From assembly GCF_009914755.1 (NCBI RefSeq), contig NC_060932.1: 64,000 nucleotides of DNA. The stretch is one strand, 5' to 3'. This DNA is from the human T2T-CHM13v2.0 reference genome, Homo sapiens. The notes under the pieces were generated by a model. It made no database searches and had not been told where the DNA came from. It saw only the letters and a program-made list of their open reading frames with translations. Positions within the stretch are counted from its first letter, which is position 1; every line of letters begins with the position of its first letter. This document shows, in pieces, positions 27,283-41,000 of this stretch. Position numbers and translations under genes: made by a program.

Positions 27283-30200
27283 AAGAAGTCAAAGAAATAG
27301 TTGTGGTTTTTTATTCTGAGTGAAATGGACAGTCAACGGAGGGCAGTAAGCAAATTAGTGATAGAATCAGACTTGTGTTTTGAAAAGCTCATCCTGGCTG
27401 CTGTGCTTAGAATAGACTGTGTTGTAGAAAATACAAACAGGGAAGACCCCATAGAAAGCTGACGCCATATTCTAGGTGAGAAACTATGGAAATTTGGACC
27501 AAGGTGATAGAAGGGGAGGTGGTAAGAAACAGTCACATTCTGTATACATTTTAAAAATAGAACAAAGGATTGGCTGAAGGATTGGATATGAGATGGGAAA
27601 GAAAGAGAGAGTTCAAGGAAAATTGCAAAGTCTCTGGTTATCATGAGGAGTATGTGAGATCCCACATATAAAGTATCAAACATAATGCCTAGGACAGAGT
27701 GAATGCTAAAAAAGGGATATTCTGGTATACATTTCAGTGTGTACATCTTAACTTATTCACCCAATAATGGCTATGAATTCTATCTATATAATCAGTTTCT
27801 GTTCAGGAACATGAATGTAAATTGCAAAGTAGTTTATACATTAAATTCTCATAGTAGGAATTCAATAAAGATTTGAGAGAAGACGTTTACACTTGGTACC
27901 CGTCAATATTGGGCAACCACCAACTATATTTGGTACTTAACGAGCCTTTATAGAAGTTCCCAAAATGTAAAAATGAAGAGAACTAGAAAGATTAAGATAG
28001 AAGAGTTTAAAAAATATATGTTCATGCAGGAGAAAAGTGAAGGCTTTTCAAGGTTACTAAGGTAAGTCTAAGGCAACGATTCCTAGAGCAAATCAAGGGG
28101 CTGTGAAAGCTAATGGACATAGCTCAAGATTTACTTTTGGGTTTGGAGAAACTAACATTGAATTGGCTATTTCCAATAATAAAGTCATTAGCCCAGGGAA
28201 GGAAGATGAAATATAAAAGGAACGTTTAGGTACAGAAAAGTATATTTTAAATTATCTTTTGGTTGAGAAAATATTTCAGATAAATGCTGATGAAATAAAT
28301 CAGCATTTTATTTCAGTTTTTTAATGGTTTTATAATAACAGTGAAGGGATTTATTCTCTGCCTGTTTACTATGTTCACATGGAGATCTTAAATGTTTGCC
28401 AGATATAGTGGATAGATTAAAAGAGCCACCTTGGTAAGAACTGAACTATTTTGTTATATTACTGTTTTTATAAATGCTGTTATATTGCTCTGTAACACAC
28501 ATTCATGTAAAGTATTTGTTTATATTTTTAAAAGTATATATAATGTCTGAGTATGCATTTCAGTATTTCACAGAAACAAATTAGAAAAGTCACTAATTTT
28601 TGAAAACACTGAAGAACTGAGAGAGCAGAAATCACTAAATAAGGATATTGTCTGCAGTGATTAAAATGGTGGCTAACAGGGTGAGTGAGAGATTATTTTA
28701 ATAGGTTTCTTTTAAATTTTTCACTAAATTACCAGCTTTGTAATAAAGTTATTGACAGGCAAGTGCTGTTATAAAAATTGTACCTCCACCTGCTAACAAA
28801 TGGCACTCACAGTTATGAAAACTGACATTTTTAGAATCAGGTGCTTCTGTGGCTCTCTTCTGAAAGGTATTCCCCCTTGGAACTTGCATTTTAATTACTA
28901 ATTATTTTTTCTGCTTTATTTCTGTGTAGTGATCAAAGTGCTTGACTGAGCTTTATTTAAATAGGATGTATGCATTGTTTCAAACTAGTTTTGCATAAAA
29001 TGTGAATATGAATACCACAACTAGGCGATTTATTTGAATCTCGAATACATTAGCAACTATTACCTTCTGTCTTTCATGTAGCTGTCTTACAATAATATTA
29101 AGAAGAATATTACATGTGCCTGAATTACTCATTTTTTTCAGCTTTGATTTACATATTATTCACTTAAAACTAGCAATGTAAAATTGCCTTTAACGTTTAC
29201 TGTTTCAACTTTAAAGTTTTTTTTAATCAGCGAAAGCGAAGTTGGTGAAATATAATTAAAATTTCTCTAATTATGTTACCTTTAGGCAATGCTGTCTTCT
29301 AGATTTGTAACATTCTCTGTTACCGTGCTATGAAATTATGGAGTGTACAATGTTGGAGTGTATGCTTCTAAAATCAATGCATTAGAGATTTGTAGAAATG
29401 CTATATAACTCATGTATTAAAAGTATTTCTAACATCTAAATGTATTGCTGTTATATGTTTAAACTTTCAAAGAGCAATAATCCTGTATTGAATTAAAGAC
29501 CTTAGGAAAGTTTGACATTTTGAGAGTGTATTTTTGAATTATTTGGATAATATTTTAAGTGTAAAAGGATATAAGAATCACCAAAATAGTTCTATTAATT
29601 TCTTCCTTAAATATTTTTAAAATACAAAAAGTTACTATTGCCTGAGATTAACTATGGAAACTTTTAGACTGAAAGGAAAATGATTCAGAATGTTGCAAGC
29701 AATTAAAGTTATAAATGAGAATCTTTAAGTCAACTATAAAACATCCCACGTCTCAAATAGAAGAAAAGGCTTTTATTAATTTTTTACATTGTAATTGGAA
29801 TGCTCAAGGCAGGTTAAAATAAAGCTGCTTTATTTTTTTTCTAGAACTAGCTTAATTTTACTTCATAAAATTATTTGCCTTTTGATTAAGAAACCATTTT
29901 ATGATTTGGAAACTGTTGTAACTGACATCAGAAATCCCAGACTATTTCCTATAAAATTTCAGAGCTTTTCTTTTTTTAAATGAAAAGCTTAAACAAACTC
30001 AACTTTTTCAATTACATGGACTTTTTTTCTCTTGATAAAGAAAATCACATTTCGTATCACAGCCTTATAACTGCTATCACTATTGCAATATAACAAGCAA
30101 AGCTGGTTTCTAAAAATGAATATTTCTAGTACAGTGGAGTTACATTTTAGCTTAGCAATCCTTATGTTATATAGTCTAGAAATCCTGAAGTCATCACTTA

Positions 30201-30629
30201 GGAAAAATCTTAAGTGCATTCTAAACTATACATATTATCTTAAAGGGAGTATGGTAATGTAGATATTATTATCCATACATTTAATTCAACAACAAGAAAA
30301 AAAAGCTATTTACTTAGCACTTCTTTCACTGATAGAACTGGCAATGGTATATTTGGCCCTTGCAAAAGTCTAACAAAAGCTGTTTTTCTGATTAATAAGA
30401 AAACTAAAGTGCAAACAGGAAGATAAACTTTTAACTATTTCAGTGATTGTAAGAGAGTTAAAAGTGGGTCAGGAAATGATCTAACATTATGAGTTCAGTT
30501 CTGATTTTTACTGATAGTCATACCAAATAACCTTGTTCTTGCAGGTTAGAAAACTGGAAAACAAGCCCATTTGCTAAAAGACAGAGAAGTTTGCCTGAGA
30601 TCAAAATCATAAACTGCAAATATTACTCT

Positions 30630-30765
30630 AGTTTAATGTCTAACCTACTTACAGGCATTGGCCAAGTTACTTAAACCTCAAATGGTTTGTCTATAAAATG
30701 GGGATTACAATAATCCCTTACCCTGTGATGATACACAGAAAATGAAGCCTTGCTCTGAATACTTT
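30630..30765 (+). mobile_element. MIR fragment
   Basis: TTGGCCAAGTTACTTAAACCTC...TCTATAAAATGGGGATTACAATAATCC. Confidence 0.65.
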
Positions 30766-33700
30766 TTGAAGTTCTTCAGCAAACAGCAAGCCATTATTCA
30801 GATATGCATAAAGGCTATCATCTGTAAGAAAATAGCATTTGAGAAAAAAATAAAATAAAACAGGGCTGTAACCAAATGTGATGACTCTGTTAAGATTATA
30901 GAGATGATCTTGATATATACAACACATTTCCTTCATTCTATCTCTATTGGATGTTGTTTAAAATAAAGTTTTTGAAGAAAGACATTACACAAAATAAGTA
31001 AAACAGAGATGGGGCATCATCTAGAAGAGATTGAGGTAGAGAAATTAGGGAAAATGTGTGGGTTTTTAAAATTCTAGTTAGAACAATTGTAATAGGTAAA
31101 TTACTTGGGAAGATTTCAAGTAAATGACATTTAGGAAAGCAGGGAAGGATCTGGGGTCTGTGTGTACTTCTGGTGTAATTCTTAATTATGTGAACCCTTA
31201 GTCACAGAGTTTCTAAAAATGGGAATATATGCGAGCTGACTCCTCCCAAACTCCTGCTTGCAGCATAAACTCATTATCAAATCATTGCCTTTGAAAGGTG
31301 GCAAGGATACTTAGCAAATGCAGTTCTCCTTTGGACTGTGGGCTGGCCCAGTTATGAAAAGATTCAACTAGATCAAAACAACAAAAGGAGCGACTACAAC
31401 TAAAATAACAATAAAATGAGCAGTTTTAGCTTGGCTTCCATTTCTAAAAAGACAATTGTAAGACATTCTAGTCCAGTTCTCCAATCTCTTTTAGAAAACA
31501 TTTTTAAACAATTTTGTTTTACTTTTATTACTTCCTATAAGGGGGATACAATTTTTTTTCTAGTGTCTGATGTTTTCAATACCATGTCTTTTGCAAACCT
31601 TTTTAAAGTTCCTTAAAAACAAACAGGAATAATCTAGGCTATAGTGGAAGTGTACCTTGACAATTTGACAGGAGAGAATGCTCAGGAGTAATAAATGTGT
31701 ATTTCTCCCTAATATCTTAAATATATCTGTTTTTTTTTTCTTCATTTGGCATGAGGAGTGTCAAATGCAGAGTTCATGGGGATTGTTTTCATTTACAAAC
31801 ACAGTTTTCCTTTAAGGGGGAAATGTGTGCTTGCTTAATTTTTAATCACAAAAGGTATCTGTGTGTGCCCTGTTCATCTTACAAGTGAAGGCTGTGCAAT
31901 TGTGTCACAAACATGCATGTGTACAATTTTGTCTGCCTCTCTTATAATGTTTAAAAGTCCATTAGAATAATCATCCATCATCCAGGAAATTTAACGACAA
32001 GCAGATATCATATTTTAAAAATAATCTTTTCAATTGACATCTCATACCATTAAACTTAAAAGATCCCACCTTATGCGGGGGGATGTGGGTGGGGATGCGG
32101 GTAGGGGGAGCGATTGCCCAGAGCACATACATTAGTCAATAAGAAACAGACTGCTTTGATGTGTTTTGCTATGGCAAGCCAAGTTGCTATTAATTATAGG
32201 TTGCTTTACCTTTCAACACATAATTTACTTTTATTAAATGTAAAATATATTTTATATTATGATTATACCAGAGCCAGGCTGGCTGATGTTTCTTTTTTCT
32301 GCATTATGTGATGACAATGACTGCTATTACAAAATCTAAAATATTTTTGAGTGCGGATGATACCTAAAGTATTAACATCTCGGAAACACCTTTGAGAGTA
32401 ATCTCCGGGAAGTAAAAATGAAACTTGTAAAAATCATTCCATTCAACCCTACATAATTCCTTTTGTTCACTTGAATTCGATTGAGGTCAACAGAGTTTTG
32501 GTTTTCTGTTTTCCATAAAACAAAATACCCTAATCTAACCATGATTATACACATTAACGTAAAATTGAATTTCACATAGTTTGATTTTATTAACCGAAAA
32601 GTATTCTGAACCTGGTGAGTTAATCCAGTCCTTATTTAAAATTCTATAATATTTAAAGTTCAGGCATAAATATCAGTTTGCAAAGAAATATACTTTTTTT
32701 CAAGATTCATGGTGAGTACAAGCAAGATTTATATATGAAAACAACCTTAAATTTCTTCCTGAACTTTTCCAATAGAACCAGTAAAAGTTCAGGTCATAGA
32801 AATAACAAAGAAAATGTCTCCAAGTAAATGTAATTTTTAATAATAAAATTGATTTTATTCTTTGGTTTTGGTTTCCTTAAATCAGAGGATAGAGGCTCAA
32901 AAATTATTTAACTTCCAATTAAACAGTTTACTTTTAAATTAAATAATGCAAGAAAAGAGGATTTTGGATCTGGTACATTTAAAAACATATAATCAAATTA
33001 ATATTAAAATAGAAAACACAGCATTTTGTTTACTTTAATCATTATTAAGTTTGTGACCACTTAACTCATAGAGTGTGATGTGTAAAAAGAAAAGCTCCGC
33101 CATCCATCTGTGAGGATTATGTCAGCCACAAGCACAGTACAATTACTACTGGAAAAGCGCAATCCTTTCCCACTTCCCACCCCCTTATTTTTATAGCATA
33201 AATTTTCTTGCAGATAACACAATCACTTTAAAAGACACAAATTCTTCCACTAAAAAAAAGTTAATTTGATAGATGTCAGTGCTCGTTTGCCATAGATATA
33301 ATTCAAGTGCAGTAATTGCAATTAACACATTAAGGGTTGTACTTCAATTTGAAGAAGGCCAACTATGTTGGAATGTGTGTTAGACTCAAAGACTGGAGAT
33401 ATTTTTCTTCCAAAAAGCCACCAGGTTATACACTTTCTCGAGCAGTCATCTGTAGAGTCAATAGCATTTGTGATAGTAACAGACAAAATAAAAATCAAAG
33501 GACAAATGTTGACCACATAGCTTTACAGAGGAAGACGTGACTGCCCTGATTTCTGGTATAGGAGTCCAGACTAAGCATTCAGGACAGCAGGCTATGACCT
33601 GCCCTAGCAACTAACCATACTTTACATAGAAGACATAGCCCTTCTATTTTCCAACCACGTTGAGCATGATCCCTGCTGGGGACCGAATCTCCAACTCTGC

Positions 33701-34087
33701 AACCTCCTGCTTCTACAGCTTAATTATTTAGGATCAAATAGACAACTAGGTACATTAACATGACCCTAGAAGCCAAACCTGTTACTCTCTTCAAATATTC
33801 AATTGACCTTCCCAAGTAAATATTTCCCCCTGACCTCTCTACCACTCATTTTCTCTTAAATTGGTGGCTAATGCTTTAAAAAGTCTCCTGATATTTTGCA
33901 AGCAGCTTTAAAGTAAACAACCCCCGACTGTATAATTTTAGCCTTATTGACTGGTACACTGACAGAAACCAAAGCAAGCAAGAGGTCTAACATAAGCATT
34001 ATGTTAATCACACCAATGTGTTTTGTTCAAAGACAAGTCAGAGATCTTTGCAGCAGGCTTACAAATCTGCAGCTTCTGTATTAGCAG

Positions 34088-34090
<3 letters not shown>

Positions 34091-34120
<30 letters not shown>
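34091..34120. repeat. (GT)15 microsatellite
   Basis: Read directly. Confidence 0.97.
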
Positions 34121-34122
<2 letters not shown>

Positions 34123-36602
34123 AAAATGCTGAGAGTACCTACTTTGAAAGAATGAGAAAAGAGTAAGTGGAGAATATCAATACCCAAAGCAGAATAAGGA
34201 TTAATCCAAAGCATGAAAATATAGGTCACAGCTCTTTCCATGGCCTAAGTACCACCGGCTACATCACTTACATCCAGATATTTTGGGAAAATTACCAGCA
34301 ACAAGAAGTGCTTAAGTGGACAGCAAACACATCTTGTCTTAACAAGGTACTTTGGGTTCCATTTACAATCTGTTGAGTTTAGCATTACTCAACTATATTG
34401 CTTGCCTTAAAAAAATAATGTAAATGAGCTAGAAGTTGAACAGTTGCTTTGCCTGTATTTTTTTTTTTTTTCAGGTTTAGGTGGTAGGGCACAGAAAGAG
34501 AAGAATGAATACGTAAAGCCAGTTGTATTACTTTAGTATATAAGAAAAAAAGAATATAATTAGGTTTATGACATTAGTGGCCCATTCTAAAATAATGCCT
34601 TTTTGAAGCAAACACAAACACACCCCATACAAATCCATTCCAGTTTCAATGAATGGAAATGGTGGTAACAGGAAGAGTAATGCATCCACTCCATTTGTAA
34701 ACAGACATTTTCCTACATGTGAGTACATAATCCCTGCTGACATTAATGGGAATGACACACAGGCAGTGATGAGAGAATAGCCCCTTTTGTTTGTTCTCAT
34801 TCACATTACTCTAGAGTCCATTTTACAGCTCCAGCTAAAACTAGTTGAAAACGCGCCCTGTGGATTGATAATGGAAAAATGAGATTAACTAAGTGAGCAA
34901 ATAGCCTTACTTCTTTCTGTGATGTGGGAAGCTAAACAATGCAATGGAAAAAAGATCTTGATTTTACTTTTTCTTTTTGTTCTTTCATTTTCCTCCATTA
35001 CCCGCTGTATTTAAGAACCTCTTCATGCTTGTAAAATTTCCTTTCCTGGTTCATGTAAAAGAGTAATAAAATCATTATAGTTTTCCTTCGCCAAAAGGTA
35101 CTTTAGAGACTAATCTTAATTTAGATCCAGACACTGCTAAGTCAAATACATCAATGTTGGGAAAACGAATTAGAAGCGAGGTCATTTTTCTTACTAATTT
35201 TTTAAAAAGATGTTGCAGATTGAAATTGCCTTAGGAATCATTTCTTAATGCTAGGGCCACATTACGAAGTCATAATTCTCCCGCTTTGACACTTGGATTT
35301 TCAGTGGCTTTTAAAAAGGAATCTACATTAGGAATTGACTTTTTACTTACAGGTCTATACTAAGGCTGAAATTCCCTTACTGAAGTGGAACAAAAATCAA
35401 GTTTTCAAAATAACTGTGCTCTAAATACCACACCACAGGTAGAGAAAACCCCAAATAACAGTTTATGCTTTTAAAAACATCCTTCAGAAAAAATTTTCAT
35501 ATGTCAACATTATCTTATAGAAATAAGCAGTCTAAAATGAATATGCCACTTGCACCATCTTTTTTTTGTTCTCTTCTCCTTAAAACAAGCAATATGTTTT
35601 TATTTTTTAATCCATTTTGATCCAAAGGGTAAAATTGATAGGATCTCAAACTGGGGACCACAATCTTCATTTACAGGTGAAAAAGAAAATAAACCCATTT
35701 TCAGTCAATAAAAAACTGTTAATATGTGAACACACACACCTAAAAAGAATTTAGTGAAATAAAAACTCTTTTTTCATATTTACTTTTATAACAATAAAAA
35801 TCCACAATAGCTAAAAACACTTGAATGCTAGTCAAATTTGGGAAAGCAGAAAGAAAGTAATTCTTAAGAGCTGAACTATGTTACAGTGAAATATAAGAAT
35901 ATTAAAAAGAAGATATTGATTTGATCTGTTAACTGCATGCACTGAGATAAAGCCAGGAATATTCTTCTTCCCAATAGCTAGAAGTTTTAGTTATTTCTCC
36001 TTCCCTTCCCCCTCTCCTTCCCTTTCCTTCTCCTTCTTATTTTTCTCCTTCTTATGAGTGTCCACAGAAGAATCTCTGAGACTGCTTTTGTGCACTTGTA
36101 ACCCAGCCACTATGAGGACCCCGTAGAATCGTCCAACACATCGTTGTGCAGACTCTTCATTTCTGAACAATGTATTTTATAATATACTAGGTCACCCACT
36201 CTGGAGGTGCTTGTCATCACTCAGACTACACAATATGAGAAGTTGCCAAGAGTTCTTCACTGCTTTCCAGATTCACTCATCATGAGCAAAATATTAATTA
36301 AGTTCCTTTTCCTCCAAAAGAATTCTATTTTATTCTCTAATCAAGAACAGAAAAGGAGAAGCAGAAGGGTATCTGCTCTTAGTTACTCCTTGCCTTTTTA
36401 ATCCCCAACATGTGGAATTATATAAACCTAAAGAATATGCAGATTACATTGAATATTATCACCTTTTTAAAGGTACTGTTTAAATTTTTAGAAAAATATC
36501 AGTGTTTTTCTGTGGAATGCAACAGCGTAAACATGCTCTCATGGATACATTATTATAGCTATGGCAGCAAGTAATTTTTAGTTTTCACATTTTGAACATG
36601 TT

Positions 36603-37118
36603 TGTAGTAGACTGGATTTTCCAAATATGGCTGCAACAATATCTCCCATCCCATATTCCCCTCTTACAAGGTGACTTTGACAATCTTCCCATCAAGAGGT
36701 GGGATTGATGCTTTCTGTTATTGAAATCAGTGGGGCTCTGTGGCCATTATGAACAATGACTTCTGAGGTGAATTCATTAGGGAAGCCCTCGGCTGCAATG
36801 TAAGCAATCTGGTTACCCTGAGGCCTCCATGCTGTAAGAAAGCCCAACCTAGCACAAGCAAAGGAACCACATGGAAAAGCCCTGAAACTGCCCGAAGAGA
36901 GAGACGTGAGAGGACAAACCCCAGATACTCCAGCCCCATGCTGTTCCTATCTGACCATAACCATATCAGAGAGACCTTGAGCAAGAACTGCCCAGTGGAG
37001 AGCACCACCCAAATTTGGGAGCCATAAAAAAAACTTTGGAAGTAGTAGTACGATTGTTGTTCTTTTAAATCACTAAGTTCTTCTGTGATTTTTGGCACAT
37101 ACCTAGATAAATGAAACA
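36603..37118 (+). mobile_element. MLT1 (G/H-like) MaLR LTR
   Basis: TTCCAAATATGGCTGCAACAATATCTCCCATCCC...CCCTGAGGCCTCCATGCTG...TTTTAAATCACTAAGTT...TAGATAAATGAAACA. Confidence 0.8.
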
Positions 37119-37949
37119 ATGGCTGATGCTTTTAAAATTATACCTTATAATTTTAGAGCACTTTTAGAATCATATAAAGCAGAAATATTTATTCTTGCCT
37201 GGCAAGTTAGTCTTTACTTAAAAAGAATATAGTCATTGGTTAGATATTGCATTAAATGCATCCATAATCAATCAATAAATATTTATTGCACCCTCGAGGC
37301 ATCTATCTCATATTCTGTATATGAAAACAAGGACTCACTTAAAGTAAGTGTTCTACAAATAATTAAGTTAAATTAGTCTTGTCAACAAAATAATTTTGTT
37401 TAACTAGATATGATAAAAAGACTTTTCTAAAATATAGTGTAATATTCATTATCACATGGAAGTAGAGTAAGCCAACCATAAGTGCAGTTTTTTTAATGGT
37501 TCTTTGGGGTCATATTGTACAGGTTATGGGGGCTGGATACTTTTATATTGAGTGTCGCCAGCTTGCTGGTGGACATCAGCTAAGGCTGAAGTCACCTAGT
37601 ATAACTTATCACTTTCAACCTGTGGCTGCAGTCAGGTTCTGCTCATAATCTAGTCTCTTTTATGTCCCAGGAAGAAAAACTCAGATACACAATCTCATTA
37701 GACAAAAATAGATTTAACTGGTCATGGGGCTTTACTACACCAGAGATTTCCAAAGGTGTTCTGTGCATTATTTAGGTTTTTTTAGGCTGGTTGAAACTCA
37801 AAATTTTAACTAATAAGTGAAGCTTTACTGTCCTAAGAATCACAGCCTCATGTTTGGGCAGAATGATTAAGTTCACCTACAGAGCTTGAATCAAGGTACT
37901 ATTCAAATTCCTTCATATGATTCTTCAATAAATGGTTGTCAAGTTTCTG

Positions 37950-39091
37950 ACTGAAGAGACTAAACATGTGAAGGTAGTTAAGTATCCCGTCCCTGGAGTT
38001 TAATGAATGTAATACTTCCCAGAGGTCCTCGTATGACATATACTAGTTCTCCTTATTATACTCCTCACTGTATAAGGCCTTTCCAAATTCATCTGGCCCT
38101 ATGCCACCACATCCCCACCTAATAGCACCAGCTTTCTCAGCCTTACTTATAACAGTTCCAGTGCCCAGGTCCAATCTTACTGGACCCATGAAGACTCTAG
38201 TTTTCCCAGGTTCCCAGAGGGATTGGCAATAGAACCAGAAGTCCTAGGATTTAAGATGGGATGAGGCACTCTGACAAACAAAAGGCAAGAATGGGAAGAA
38301 AGTGCCTCCTGCCTCTCTTGACCTCAAGATGTCCTAAATGCTAAGCAACTGATAATGTTTTTTGTGGTGCTGTGTCCCAAATGAACAAAGCATATGGCTT
38401 TAATCAAGGAGTGAAAATAGAAGATCATTAGCCCCTGTCATCATTCTGAGAGATCCTCTTGTAAAATTGGTACCTCTCATCCCTACAGTTAGGAGTCCAA
38501 TTCCCAGGGAGGATGCTTCCACAAGGGGACACAGAAAAGTTCCTACTAAGTCAGAAGTTAAATTCACCTGGTCATTTTTTTATACCTCATACCAGTGAGC
38601 CAGTAGACAAAGAAGGGAGATTCTGTACTGACTGGGATAATGAGCTCTGATTATTGTGAAGAAATAGGTTTGCCACTATATATTAGAGGTAGATTTTGTC
38701 TGGAACCCAGAATATTCATTGAGAAACTCTGTTTCCACGGCTAAGAATAATGGTGAATGGGCAAATGAAGACCCCTGAAAAATGGATGTTGTACTATTCC
38801 ATCTATCAAGCAACAGAGACCAGCCAAAATATTGGCCAAACATGAGGAAATCTAGAAGGAGCAATAAAAGAGGGTAATGATACATATTGGAGTTCCAGGT
38901 CTAGCTACCTCAGTGAGGGACTGTGGCTTGGTTGGCTAATCTTCTTTAAATATTTTTAGGAGGTTGCCTTGTCACCATATTCCTGGAATGTTCTTGCACT
39001 TTTCATCTCAGGGGTGAGACTGTCTAGTTCTTATATGAAATATGGATATGATAAAGAGTGAAAATGCATCTGAGTAGCTCAAGTAGTAGAC
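37950..39091 (+). mobile_element. Decayed ERVL-class (ERV3-16A3/ERVL-E-like) internal 3' region: integrase tail and dUTPase remnant
   Basis: 38610-38690 translates to KKGDSVLTGIMSSDYCEEIGLPLYIRG, resembling the recalled ERVL dUTPase motif KKGVTVLAGVIDPDYQGEIGLLLHNGG; ends in a PPT-like CTCAAGTAGTAGAC; 5' boundary uncertain. Confidence 0.7.
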
Positions 39092-39399
39092 TATATTGGA
39101 TACAATTTATGAGCCTGTAATCTGTTCTCTCATGACGAGAGCCCTGCTCATTTTTTCTGTTGCCTTGACTCCTAGGATCTCCAACTGTTGCACCTTTCTT
39201 CAAAGATACGGGCTTCTACAAGGTTTTCATCATAGCTACTACAACAGGAGGTCCAGTAGCTCTGGGCTCAATGCCAAAGCAACCAGATCCATGGAGTCTC
39301 TGGCCTCTACGTGGCTAACCAGAAGGCTTGGCAAATTCAGGCTGGAAATACAGAACATGTAATAGTTTGTCGGACAACTTTTAACCCAATATGGACAAG

Positions 39400-40225
39400 A
39401 TATGGGAAGAAGCACACAAGTAAGTCACTCTTCATCTTCAATACAGATTGCTCTATGTATCTCTCTGGAGACCTCGCAAAAGACCAGGCAATTGGCTGTT
39501 TTCTTATGAGGCTCTGAACTACTCTGTGAGATACCACCTTATATTTCCTTTCCATTTTCCCCTCCCTCACTTCTTATTTTCATGACTTTTGTTGCAAAGG
39601 CATTATATTGTCCAATGAAACATTAACATCTTTGATAGGGAATCACACCAAGATAATTTTTATTCCCTGAATAATTTCTAGTCTGCCAATGTTCTTGGTA
39701 TGAGACTCATAGAGTAGATTTGTGATATCACCTCCCTCATTCCAAAGTATATGTATCTAGTAACAAAATCTCAAATCATAATAACTTGATTATCTATACC
39801 ACAATTAACCTCTTATGCAACTTTGGTAAAATAAAACTTCTTATTTTCATATTTGCTAATAGATTTCTGTCCTTCCTCATAATTAGCAAATTTATCATAG
39901 TTGACTGTCCTTATATTAAATTTTATGTACCATTCTAGTTTGTATAGTCTCTTTAGAATTTTATCTTCCAAAAGTTTAGATTTTTTGCCCTAAACAATGT
40001 CAACTAAACATATAATCAATATGCAAAAATACAAGTCAGTGCTCTTATTAAAATGATTAATAAAACTATTGGACAAGGCAGAATGAATATAGCCTCCCAT
40101 GGCACTGCACTGTAGACCACCTTACATATTGGTATTGACTGTTGTTAAGCAGCACACATTGAATGCAGAAGTTCAATCATTTATGAATCTACCCAGGTGA
40201 ACTATTACCTATTTTGTCTGTAAGA
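39400..40225 (-). mobile_element. L3/CR1 LINE ORF2 (RT) fragment
   Basis: CCCATGGCACTGCACTGTAGACCACC...ATTGACTGTTGTTAAGCAGCAC...TTCAATCATTTATGAATCTACC resembles antisense CR1 RT; left boundary uncertain. Confidence 0.6.
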
Positions 40226-40231
40226 ATTCTT

Positions 40232-40553
<322 letters not shown>

Positions 40554-40679
40554 TTACTTTGTAATATGTTTCCATCTCACAGTCTATATCTTTAAAAAAA
40601 GTTAGCGCTAACTTATTTCTATTCAATATAGAGAAGCATTTGAGAATTCAATTATGACTGATGATGTTATTTTAAAGCC

Positions 40680-41000
40680 AAATTAATCCCTTTGGAAAAC
40701 TTGAAGAAAGATAAAAATGATTCTATCAAGTTAATAACTTAAAATGTGCATAATTTTTAATTCAGCAAATCTACGTCTAAAATTTTCCCAAAGATAATAA
40801 CTGTGAATGTGTGCAAAATATACCTATGTAGATTTTTTTTGTAGAAGCAAAAATGAAAATAGCTTCAATATCCAATAGTAGAGGTTCAACTAATTGAAGT
40901 AGGCAAATCTGGAATTTGGAATAAAATTTTCCCATTAAAAATTGTTCCATTACTATTTAGTGACATGGAAAACAATATTCATAGTAAGTGAACAAACAGC
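40680..41000 (+). mobile_element. Very old L1M(E) fragment
   Basis: TTTGGAAAAC...TTCAGCAAATCTAC...ATATCCAATAGTAGAGG...GACATGGAAAA. Confidence 0.5.

Larger units (their letters stand above)
26105..27640 (-). mobile_element. L2 LINE hosting Alu and L1PA insertions
   Basis: CATTGATTCAACAAATATTAATTGAGTGTCTTCCATGTGCCAGG; later CATCCTGGCTGCTGTGCTTAGAATAGACTG. Confidence 0.75.
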
